From Tidjanibacter sp. (lineage in GTDB: Bacteria > Bacteroidota > Bacteroidia > Bacteroidales > Rikenellaceae), in assembly GCA_017630115.1 (NCBI GenBank), contig JAGBVY010000104.1:1-33440 (forward strand): 33,440 bases of DNA. Direction: 5' to 3'. The notes under the pieces were generated by a model. That model saw nothing but the letters and a program-made list of their open reading frames with translations, was not told where the DNA came from and did no database searches. This document shows positions 26,751 to 33,440 of this stretch, piece after piece; positions within the stretch are counted from its first letter, which is position 1, and each line of letters starts with the position of its first letter. Position numbers and translations under genes: made by a program.

Positions 26751-27731
26751 ATGCATACCCAAGAAGTTGTAGATGTAGTATTCACTTGGGTCGATGGAGC
26801 CGACCCCGCCCACCGCGCCAAACGTATGGCTCGCGGAGGTGGCGGAGGTGTGACCTTAAAGGAGGATGTGGGAGGCGAGTGTCGCTACTCCTCCACGGGT
26901 GAACTATTCTATGCTGTGGGGTCAATACTACGCTTTGCTCCTTGGGTGAGGAAGATACACATTGTCACCGACAATCAAGACCCCCATATCGACCAGTGGG
27001 CAAGACGCCACTTCCCCAATAGTACCACCGAGATTGCTATTGTGGACCACAAGGAGATTTTCAGAGGCTACGAGCAATACCTTCCCACCTTCAACTCTAT
27101 AAGTATTGAGTCGATGCTTTGGCGCATACCCGATTTGGCCGAGTGCCACCTCTACTTCAACGACGATATGTTTCTCACGCGCGAGGTTGAGCCTTCGCTG
27201 TGGTTTCAGGGCGAGAAGACCTATATCTATGCCAAACGTTTCAGCACCCTTGCCGGTAGGCTCTTGCGCTGGCTCAAACCCAAGCGCGGAGGCCACAAGC
27301 CATTTGGTTATAAGGATGCTATGGTCAATGCCGCCCGACTGCTTGGCTCGGGTCACTTTTGGCTCTTCCCCCACGCACCCCAACCCCTGCGTCGCAGTTG
27401 GTATGAGCGGTTTTTCGCCACCCACGCCGAGGTGTTGGAGCAGAATATACGCCATCCTTTCCGCGACCATAGCCAGTGGAGCTACGTTTCGCTCTTTATG
27501 ATTGAGGGTCAGAAGGAGGGTGTGGTGCAGGTGCGCCCAAGCGATGGTATGGCACTCTTCTTGAAACCTTCGGCTCGCAAGAAGAGCGGATATATGGAAC
27601 GCAAACTCTCCGAGGCCTACCACAACCCCTGCCTGCGCTTCGGCTGCATCAACTCCCTCGGTGAAGCCTCGCCAGAGGAGCAGAGGATGTTTCACGAGTG
27701 GGCCGGCAGGCTCATAGGAGTGAAAGAGTAG
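26751..27731 (+). CDS. Stealth-family hexose-1-phosphoryl transferase
   Basis: CR1 DVVFTWVDG.DP; CR2 EL.Y...S...FAPWVR.IHIVTD.Q.P..VDH.EIF...LPTFNS..IE...RIP.L.E...YFNDD.F; H.P.P; CIN. Confidence 0.92.
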   Translation: MHTQEVVDVVFTWVDGADPAHRAKRMARGGGGGVTLKEDVGGECRYSSTGELFYAVGSILRFAPWVRKIHIVTDNQDPHIDQWARRHFPNSTTEIAIVDHKEIFRGYEQYLPTFNSISIESMLWRIPDLAECHLYFNDDMFLTREVEPSLWFQGEKTYIYAKRFSTLAGRLLRWLKPKRGGHKPFGYKDAMVNAARLLGSGHFWLFPHAPQPLRRSWYERFFATHAEVLEQNIRHPFRDHSQWSYVSLFMIEGQKEGVVQVRPSDGMALFLKPSARKKSGYMERKLSEAYHNPCLRFGCINSLGEASPEEQRMFHEWAGRLIGVKE

Positions 27732-27778
27732 GTGGGGCGAAGGTTTCTGACCCCTCGCCACCCCCCCCCAAAAAAAAA

Positions 27779-27819
27779 GACTTAGGACATTTAGACTTTC
27801 GACGTTAGACGTTAGACCC
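27779..27819 (-). repeat. Degenerate inverted copy of the (GTCTAAC)n-CCTAAGTC tail
   Basis: Reverse complement reads ggtctaacgtctaacgtcgaaagtctaaatgtcctaagtc. Confidence 0.75.
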
Positions 27820-27835
27820 CAAAATAAATAGCACA

Positions 27836-28459
27836 ATGCAACCCGAAATTATAGCCAAATACTTCTCTCTCGACTCGGAGCAGCAGAGCAAAATGGATGC
27901 TCTGGGCGAACTGTATGCGGAGTGGAATGCCAAGATAAATGTTGTTTCGCGCAAGGATATAGACGAGCTCTATGTGCGCCACGTTCTCCACTCGCTCTCA
28001 ATAGCTAAGGTGTGCCAGTTTGAGGCGGGGGCAAAGGTGTGCGACATTGGTTGTGGTGGCGGATTCCCCACCATCCCCTTGGCTATTATGTTCCCCGAGG
28101 TGGAGTTTACGGCTGTGGACTCCATTGGTAAGAAGATTAAGGTTGTCAGCGAGGTGGCCACAGCTCTTGGGCTGCGGAATGTCACCCCCGTAAATGCCCG
28201 CATTGAGGCCGTCAAGGGGGAGTTTGACTATGTTGTAAGTCGAGCTGTTACCGATCTGAAAACCCTCAAAGGATGGGCACTGCCCAAACTCCGCGTCGGT
28301 CAGAAGGGGTCGCGACCCAATGGTATGCTTGTTCTGAAAGGTGGCGAATTGGCCGAGGAGATTGCCGACGCGCGCCTCAGGTGCGACATCTACCGTATCA
28401 GCGACTGGTTTGAGGAGGAGTTTTTCCTCACCAAGCAGGTGATATACACAAAGCGTTAG
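27836..28459 (+). CDS. rsmG: 16S rRNA m7G527 methyltransferase
   Basis: WNAKINV.SRKD, HVLHSL, DIGCGGGFP.IPLAI, DSIGKK, VSRAV, LKGG. Confidence 0.96.
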   Translation: MQPEIIAKYFSLDSEQQSKMDALGELYAEWNAKINVVSRKDIDELYVRHVLHSLSIAKVCQFEAGAKVCDIGCGGGFPTIPLAIMFPEVEFTAVDSIGKKIKVVSEVATALGLRNVTPVNARIEAVKGEFDYVVSRAVTDLKTLKGWALPKLRVGQKGSRPNGMLVLKGGELAEEIADARLRCDIYRISDWFEEEFFLTKQVIYTKR

Positions 28460-28504
28460 GCTGCGCCTCTTGCACCCTGCCAACCATTTTGCCCCGAGGT
28501 AAGG

Positions 28505-28551
28505 GCACAACAAAAAAACCACATCGCGTCCGATGTGGTTTTTGTTTGTGC
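28505..28551. terminator. Bidirectional terminator between convergent rsmG and rpmH
   Basis: aaaaaccacatcg-cgtc-cgatgtggttttt with A and T tracts on either side. Confidence 0.8.
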
Positions 28552-28610
28552 CATTCGAGCGGGTGACCTTGTCACCATCGTGGCATCGAATCAACTCTTA
28601 GTCCTCTCGA

Positions 28611-28766
28611 CTATTTGTTGCGAAGCTCGTCCGAAACGGTGAGTTTCTTACGACCTTTGGCGCGGCGAGCAGCCAACACCTTGCGACCGTTGACAGTAGC
28701 CATACGAGCGCGGAAGCCGTGTTTGTTGATTCTTTTCCTCTTTGAAGGTTGATAAGTCCTTTTCAT
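28611..28766 (-). CDS. rpmH: 50S ribosomal protein L34 (51 aa; absent from the ORF track)
   Basis: Manual translation [51 protein letters not shown]. Confidence 0.98.
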   Translation of the reverse strand: MKRTYQPSKRKRINKHGFRARMATVNGRKVLAARRAKGRKKLTVSDELRNK

Positions 28767-28811
28767 AGCGCTATTTATATTTGTTTATCAGTTTTCGTGA
28801 TTTTCGGACTG

Positions 28812-28819
28812 CAAAGGTA
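28812..28819 (-). promoter_or_regulatory. -7 element of the rpmH promoter
   Basis: TACCTTTG on the minus strand; a divergent TATATTTG at 28902-28909 (+) probably serves ORF 29010. Confidence 0.6.
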
Positions 28820-29009
28820 ATCAATAAATTCAAAATTCAAAACTCAAACTCCAAAATTGCGCTTTTTTATAGCAATTTATACAAATTTCCGTATTATTAT
28901 ATATATTTGTAGTGTCGCACTTGGGGGTGGCGGGCGGTGGAGCGCTGTGGCCGAAAACCCATTTGGGCGACGCGCAATTTAAGCACAAACCCACCTCACA
29001 CCAACACCA

Positions 29010-29888
29010 ATGAAGAAACTAACCCTACTCTTAGCCCTCATCCTCACAACACTCGCACTCGCTGCCCAAGGCTTCAAGCGCAGCACCCTCACTGAGCCTA
29101 CCATTGCCTACCAATGGTATATGGCCGAGTTCAACTCCAATGCCCCCAAGGCCATTGGCGAGGGTGTGCCCCTCTTTGTGCCTGAGGGAGTTAGTCAGGT
29201 AGAGGTGCAGAAGTGGGCCGTTGTGAGCTACTTTGGCGAGGCTGTGAAGGGGTCGGTTGAGCCTACCCTTGTCATCGACGCTCGTTACGACGCCGAGGGC
29301 CGCCTTGTGAGCACCGAGGTGCAAGGCTCGGGCGAGCGTATGGTTGTAAAGTATAGCCCTGAGGGCGGTATTGTCCGCTGTGGCCTCTACAATGTGGCCG
29401 ATGGTAGCACTATAAAAGATATGACCCCCTTCTTCACTCGCACCAAGTCGATGGGCGAGGCTATGCAGGGTCACGACAAGGAGAACGAAACTTACTACTT
29501 CGACTACTCTGGACGTGGCGATAGGTGTAAGTTTGTGGGCACAGGCCCCAAGCAGGACGACTACAACATCGACTTTCTGCTCACCCGCAAGAGTGCATCG
29601 ACGCTTGGCTTCTCGCTCAGGTGTTTGGTGGTGTCGAAGGGCAGTCTGGTGATGAAATATGGCCTGTTCGGTTGGCGCAAAATTATGAAGATGCGCGGTG
29701 TGGAGAAGGCACAAAAGTGCTTCACCTACTACTGCGAAAGCCCCGAGAATTGCGATATGACGTCGCCCAATAGCTCGCGCAATATGACCCTCAATGAGGC
29801 CGGCTTCCCCTCTACCCGTAGCGCTGAGAGCCTCTTTGCCGACGGGTGGCAAAACGACGACTATTTCATTGAGTATGTCTTAAAATAG
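29010..29888 (+). CDS. Secreted hypothetical protein
   Basis: 292 aa, clear signal peptide (ALA-AQ), own promoter motif, no family recognised. Confidence 0.75.
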   Translation: MKKLTLLLALILTTLALAAQGFKRSTLTEPTIAYQWYMAEFNSNAPKAIGEGVPLFVPEGVSQVEVQKWAVVSYFGEAVKGSVEPTLVIDARYDAEGRLVSTEVQGSGERMVVKYSPEGGIVRCGLYNVADGSTIKDMTPFFTRTKSMGEAMQGHDKENETYYFDYSGRGDRCKFVGTGPKQDDYNIDFLLTRKSASTLGFSLRCLVVSKGSLVMKYGLFGWRKIMKMRGVEKAQKCFTYYCESPENCDMTSPNSSRNMTLNEAGFPSTRSAESLFADGWQNDDYFIEYVLK

Positions 29889-29931
29889 AATAACTCACAC
29901 AACAGATTAACCATATAAAACACTGATTATT

Positions 29932-30084
29932 ATGACTGTTTGGCAAGTAATTTTAGCAATCATCTTTCCCCCTTTGGCCGTAATCAATAGGGGGTGCGGC
30001 TCGTTTCTTATCACACTTTTGCTTACTGCTGCGGGTTGGGTGCCCGGGGTGATTGCGGCGTTGGTCATACTCAACAAATCTTAG
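29932..30084 (+). CDS. YqaE/Pmp3-family small membrane protein (50 aa; absent from the ORF track)
   Basis: Manual translation MTVWQVILAIIFPPLAVINRGCGSFLITLLLTAAGWVPGVIAALVILNKS*; hallmark motifs AI..PPLAV and LLT..GW.PG.I.A. Confidence 0.92.
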   Translation: MTVWQVILAIIFPPLAVINRGCGSFLITLLLTAAGWVPGVIAALVILNKS

Positions 30085-30085
30085 G

Positions 30086-30149
30086 CAAAAAAACTCGGGT
30101 ATTAAAAGATACCCGAGTTTTTTTGGTCTAACGTCTAACGTCTAACGAC
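30086..30149 (+). repeat. Dispersed module copy 3: 17-bp hairpin + (GTCTAAC)x3
   Basis: caaaaaaactcgggtat-taaaag-atacccgagtttttttg gtctaacgtctaacgtctaacgac; lies between convergent genes, probably a terminator. Confidence 0.85.
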
Positions 30150-30155
30150 TCTCAA

Positions 30156-31178
30156 CTATCGGCCAAATTCGCCGCAGATGGATTTTTTCAGTAGTTTGGC
30201 TCGGCGCGAGGGGGTCTGCTCCATCGCCAAGACATACATCATCTTCGTGACGGCGGCCTCGGTGGTCATATCGTGGCCACTGATAACGCCCACCTTTTGG
30301 AGTGCCACACCAGTCTCGTAGATGTCCATATTGACCTCACCATTGCTACACTGGGTGACATTGACAATGCTCACGCCACGTCGTATAGCCTCCCTGAGTG
30401 CGCCAATAAACCACTCTTTTGTAGGGGCGTTGCCTGCGCCGTAGGTTTCGAGCACAACGCCCTTCACTCCGCTACTGAGCATTGAGCGGAAGATGCTCTC
30501 GGTGAGGCCGGGGAAAATCTTGATGATAGCCACATCCCTCTCCAAAGCGGTGCTAATACTGAAAGGTGCGCCAGTCTTGGGACGGTAGATGTAGGGTTCG
30601 TTGTACTGGATGCTCACGCCCACCTCTGCAAGAGGGGGGTAGTTGTTCGACGCAAAGGCGCTCAACTCCTCGGCACTCTGCTTGGTGGTGCGGTTGCCTC
30701 TGAAAAGACGATTCTGGAAGTAGAGGCTCACACCCGGCACACGAGGACGCCCCTTTGAGTCCTTGGCCGAGGCAAACTCAATGGCCGTAACGAGGTTTTC
30801 TCTGCCGTCGGTGCGAAGCACGCCGATAGGAATCTGGCTACCCGTAAATACCACAGGCTTGGCCAAGTTGTGGAGCATAAAACTCAGTGCGCTTGCACTA
30901 TACGACATCGTGTCGGTGCCGTGCAGCACAACAAAGCCGTCGAACTTGTTGTAGTTGGCCTCAATCTGCTCGGCCAATCGTATCCACAATTCGGGTGAGG
31001 CGTTCGACGAGTCGATAGGCTCAAAGGGGAGCACCTCGATGTTTACCTCTTGGCGACGCAACGAGGGTATCTCCTCGTGGATGTGGGTGAAGTCGAAGGG
31101 TACGAGTGCGCCACTCTCGGGGTCGGTGTGCATACCGATGGTGCCGCCTGTGTAAATGAGCAATACGGAACTTTTCAT
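30156..31178 (-). CDS. ansA: L-asparaginase type I (cytoplasmic)
   Basis: IYTGGTIGM, IDSS, HGTDTM, TGSQ.P, RGNR..K, YGAGN, DMTTEAA..K. Confidence 0.94.
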   Translation of the reverse strand: MKSSVLLIYTGGTIGMHTDPESGALVPFDFTHIHEEIPSLRRQEVNIEVLPFEPIDSSNASPELWIRLAEQIEANYNKFDGFVVLHGTDTMSYSASALSFMLHNLAKPVVFTGSQIPIGVLRTDGRENLVTAIEFASAKDSKGRPRVPGVSLYFQNRLFRGNRTTKQSAEELSAFASNNYPPLAEVGVSIQYNEPYIYRPKTGAPFSISTALERDVAIIKIFPGLTESIFRSMLSSGVKGVVLETYGAGNAPTKEWFIGALREAIRRGVSIVNVTQCSNGEVNMDIYETGVALQKVGVISGHDMTTEAAVTKMMYVLAMEQTPSRRAKLLKKSICGEFGR

Positions 31179-31224
31179 ATCTCGGGGTAGTGTTAGTTTT
31201 TTAGGCCAAATGGTTTGTATGTGA

Positions 31225-32049
31225 TTAGTTTAGTCCGAAGAGTTGGCGGGCATTGTTGGTTGTGACCTCGGCCACCTCCTCAGGGCTACACCCTTTCAGT
31301 AGGGCAATCTGCTCACAAATATACACCAAATTTTTGGGTTCGTTGCGTTTGCCCCTAAAAGGTACGGGCGAAAGGTAGGGAGAGTCGGTCTCCACAACCA
31401 TTGCCGAGAGCGGAATCTGGGGTATGCTCTCCAACAGGGGGCTCTTCTTGTAGGTCGAAACTCCGCCTATGCCGACCAGAAAACCGCCAAGTTGGGCTAT
31501 TCGCTCGTAGGTGTCGGCACTCTCGCCAAAGGCGTGGAGTATGCCTCGGGCCTTGCCCTTATACTCCTCCAATATGGCAAGCATCTCTGCCCACGCCGAG
31601 CGAGTGTGGACAACGAGCGGAAGGTTGTAGTCAATCGCGAGCTCCACCTGACGGCGGAAACACTCCTCCTGCTCGGCCCTGAAATCGCTACTCCAATAGA
31701 GGTCTAAGCCCACCTCGCCCACGCCATAGAAGCGCTCCACAGGTCGTTCGGCCGAGCCAACGGGGGCATCGCACCCTCCGCCATTGCAGTTGGCCAGCAA
31801 CCTCTCCACCTCGGCCAACTCTTCGCGCCAATGGGGGTTGTCGTTTACAGATGTGGGGTGCAGACCAATGAGCGAGTAGCAGTCGTGGCGCTGGCGCGTG
31901 AGGGCAAACTGTGCTTGGTTGGTCTGGCTATCTATGGCAGGGAAGATGAAGGCCTCCACGCCCGCCTCGTGGGCACGCTCGAAGACTTCGCCTCTGTCGA
32001 GGTCGAACTCCTCGCCATAGATGTGGGTATGTGTGTCTATCAATCTCAT
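31225..32049 (-). CDS. tatD: TatD-family hydrolase
   Basis: IDTHTH, GLHP, GEVGLD, VHTR, LH.F, VETDSPYL.P.P.RGKRNEP. Confidence 0.93.
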   Translation of the reverse strand: MRLIDTHTHIYGEEFDLDRGEVFERAHEAGVEAFIFPAIDSQTNQAQFALTRQRHDCYSLIGLHPTSVNDNPHWREELAEVERLLANCNGGGCDAPVGSAERPVERFYGVGEVGLDLYWSSDFRAEQEECFRRQVELAIDYNLPLVVHTRSAWAEMLAILEEYKGKARGILHAFGESADTYERIAQLGGFLVGIGGVSTYKKSPLLESIPQIPLSAMVVETDSPYLSPVPFRGKRNEPKNLVYICEQIALLKGCSPEEVAEVTTNNARQLFGLN

Positions 32050-32073
32050 TGTCTGTATGATTTGTTGAGTGGG

Positions 32074-33192
32074 CTACAATAGTCGCTCACATTTGCGCCC
32101 GGGCAGTACCCTGACGGCGTCGCACAACTCCAACCCCGTAAGCAGAGCCACCACCTTGGCAGGGGCAAAGCCTGTGCGGGCCACCAGCACCTCATACTCA
32201 GCCACCTCGCCCACACTCATAGCCTCCAAAAGCGCCCTCTCGTCGGGTTGGATGTTGAGCGTCTCGGTGGGATGGGTGGTGGGTGCAAGGGTACTCTCCT
32301 CGTTGTGGCTCACATCCCAGCCCAACTCGTAGATGATGTCGCCACCCGAGCATACCATCGAGGCTTTATTTTGTTTGATGAGTAGGTTGGAGCCGAAAGA
32401 GTTTTTGTCGAAGGCGCGCGCAGGCACAGCCATAAGTATGCGTCCGTAGCTCAGGGCACACTCGGCAGTTATGAGCGAGCCTCCCTCGTAGGGCGACTCC
32501 ACAACCACCGTACCCGAGGCAAGGCCGGCAATGATGCGGTTGCGTGCGGGGTAGAACTTGCCAGTATTTTTGTGCTGCGACGACACCTCGGTCACTATCG
32601 CTCCTCCCTCGGCTATGATGCGCTCGGCAAGCGAGGCGTTGGCCGCAGGAGTCACCTCGGGCAGGGCACTGGCAATCACTGCCACCGTTGTTGCCCCCAC
32701 TTCGAGGGCCGCACGATGGGCGCTTTCGTCGTTGCCAAAGGCAAGACCGCTGACTATGGAGATGTCGGCAACCTTGTCGTGGAGCTGCTCAATGAGCCTC
32801 TGCCCCACCTGCTGGCCGTAGTTGGTTATGGTACGAGTTCCCACAAAAGCCACCGATGGTTTCATAAGTGCCGCAAGGTTGCCCTGCACAAAGAGAACGT
32901 GCGGACGGTCGGCACACTCCCTCAGTAGGGGCGGATAGACGGAGTCGGTGGCAGCTATGGCATAGATGTGGTGCTTCTGACAATAGTTGAGTTCCTTCTC
33001 GGCGGCCCCAAAGCCCACGCGGGCGCGGATGTCGCCAATGACGCTCTGACGCACAATGCCCCCTTGGGTGCGTAGCTGCTCCTCGGAGGAGGCGAAGATA
33101 GCCTCAGCCGACCCGAATGTGTCTATTAGGTGGGCAATGGTTTTGTTGCCCAGTGCGGGGGTGTAGAGCAGTGCGAGGTCGGCGAGTGTCAT
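32074..33192 (-). CDS. dprA: DNA-processing protein DprA
   Basis: YPPLL.EC.D.P..LF..G, VGTR..T.YG, VSGLA.G.D...H, RNRIIAGL, GGSLITA; C-terminal winged-helix-like tail. Confidence 0.95.
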   Translation of the reverse strand: MTLADLALLYTPALGNKTIAHLIDTFGSAEAIFASSEEQLRTQGGIVRQSVIGDIRARVGFGAAEKELNYCQKHHIYAIAATDSVYPPLLRECADRPHVLFVQGNLAALMKPSVAFVGTRTITNYGQQVGQRLIEQLHDKVADISIVSGLAFGNDESAHRAALEVGATTVAVIASALPEVTPAANASLAERIIAEGGAIVTEVSSQHKNTGKFYPARNRIIAGLASGTVVVESPYEGGSLITAECALSYGRILMAVPARAFDKNSFGSNLLIKQNKASMVCSGGDIIYELGWDVSHNEESTLAPTTHPTETLNIQPDERALLEAMSVGEVAEYEVLVARTGFAPAKVVALLTGLELCDAVRVLPGRKCERLL

Positions 33193-33255
33193 AGTCGCAG
33201 GAGGGGTGAAAAGTCTTTGTAAATATCAAAATCAGAGGTAAAATTACACAAAAAA

Positions 33256-33286
33256 TTTGGAGTTTGCGAGAAAATAGTTACTTTTG
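33256..33286 (+). promoter_or_regulatory. Bacteroidota sigma-A promoter for tRNA-Cys
   Basis: TTTG (33256-33259), 19-bp spacer, TACTTTTG (33279-33286). Confidence 0.7.
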
Positions 33287-33359
33287 TGCTCCGAAAGCAA
33301 CCCACTTGGCGACGGTTTTTGAACTGTTTTGGGTGTAAGTTGCTGGAAGATAAATAGTT

Positions 33360-33430
33360 GGTGCGATGGCCGAGTGGCTAGGCAAAGGTCTGCAAAACCT
33401 TCTACAGCGGTTCGATTCCGCTTCGCACCT
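33360..33430 (+). tRNA. tRNA-Cys(GCA)
   Basis: Acceptor stem GGTGCGA/TCGCACC, anticodon arm AAGGT-CTGCAAA-ACCTT (GCA at 33392-33394), T-arm GCGG-TTCGATT-CCGC, discriminator U; CCA not encoded. Confidence 0.97.
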
Positions 33431-33440
33431 CAAAAACAAG

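Noticed and set aside
28611-28766. rpmH separated from rnpA-yidD as a sign of rearrangement or a nearby oriC
   Set aside because: hemD-rnpA-yidD without rpmH is, to my knowledge, usual in Bacteroidales; no dnaA gene or DnaA-box cluster was seen.
1-33440. Complete DGR cassette (RT, Avd, template repeat)
   Set aside because: No RT-like ORF and no AAC-rich second copy of 6600-6737 was found by eye; only a candidate target is supported.
33360-33440. tRNA-Cys as an integration site
   Set aside because: The window ends 10 bp after the tRNA, and no duplicate of its 3' end or integrase is present, so this cannot be assessed.

Overview
Mostly housekeeping chromosome of a Bacteroidota organism. This assignment is inferred from TAnnTTTG promoters, A/C-rich leaders without Shine-Dalgarno sites and the DUF4271-hemD-rnpA-yidD gene order; Rikenellaceae/Alistipes-like is a guess. 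Core genes: frr, pyrH, dxs, lolC/E-like permease, rnpA, yidD, hemD-like, S41 protease, ispH, cmk, lnt, folC, rsmG, rpmH, ansA, tatD, dprA and tRNA-Cys. Two real small genes are missing from the ORF track: rpmH and a YqaE/Pmp3 gene. The most interesting part is the accessory block at about 4.0-6.9 kb. It holds a secreted LPP20/FlgT-N-like protein, a 239-bp hairpin-packed MITE-like element, and a TIR-domain protein fused to a DUF1566/CLec-type domain. The last ~45 codons of that gene look like a diversity-generating retroelement (DGR) variable repeat, followed by a tight GC-rich hairpin. No reverse transcriptase or template repeat was seen in the window, so it would be a remote DGR target, i.e. 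a possibly hypervariable TIR receptor. The intergenic spaces carry several dispersed repeat families: hairpin+(GTCTAAC)n modules, head-to-head 9-mer arrays with G-quadruplex-type spacing, and other heptamer arrays. All family assignments come from motif recognition by eye; no database search was run.
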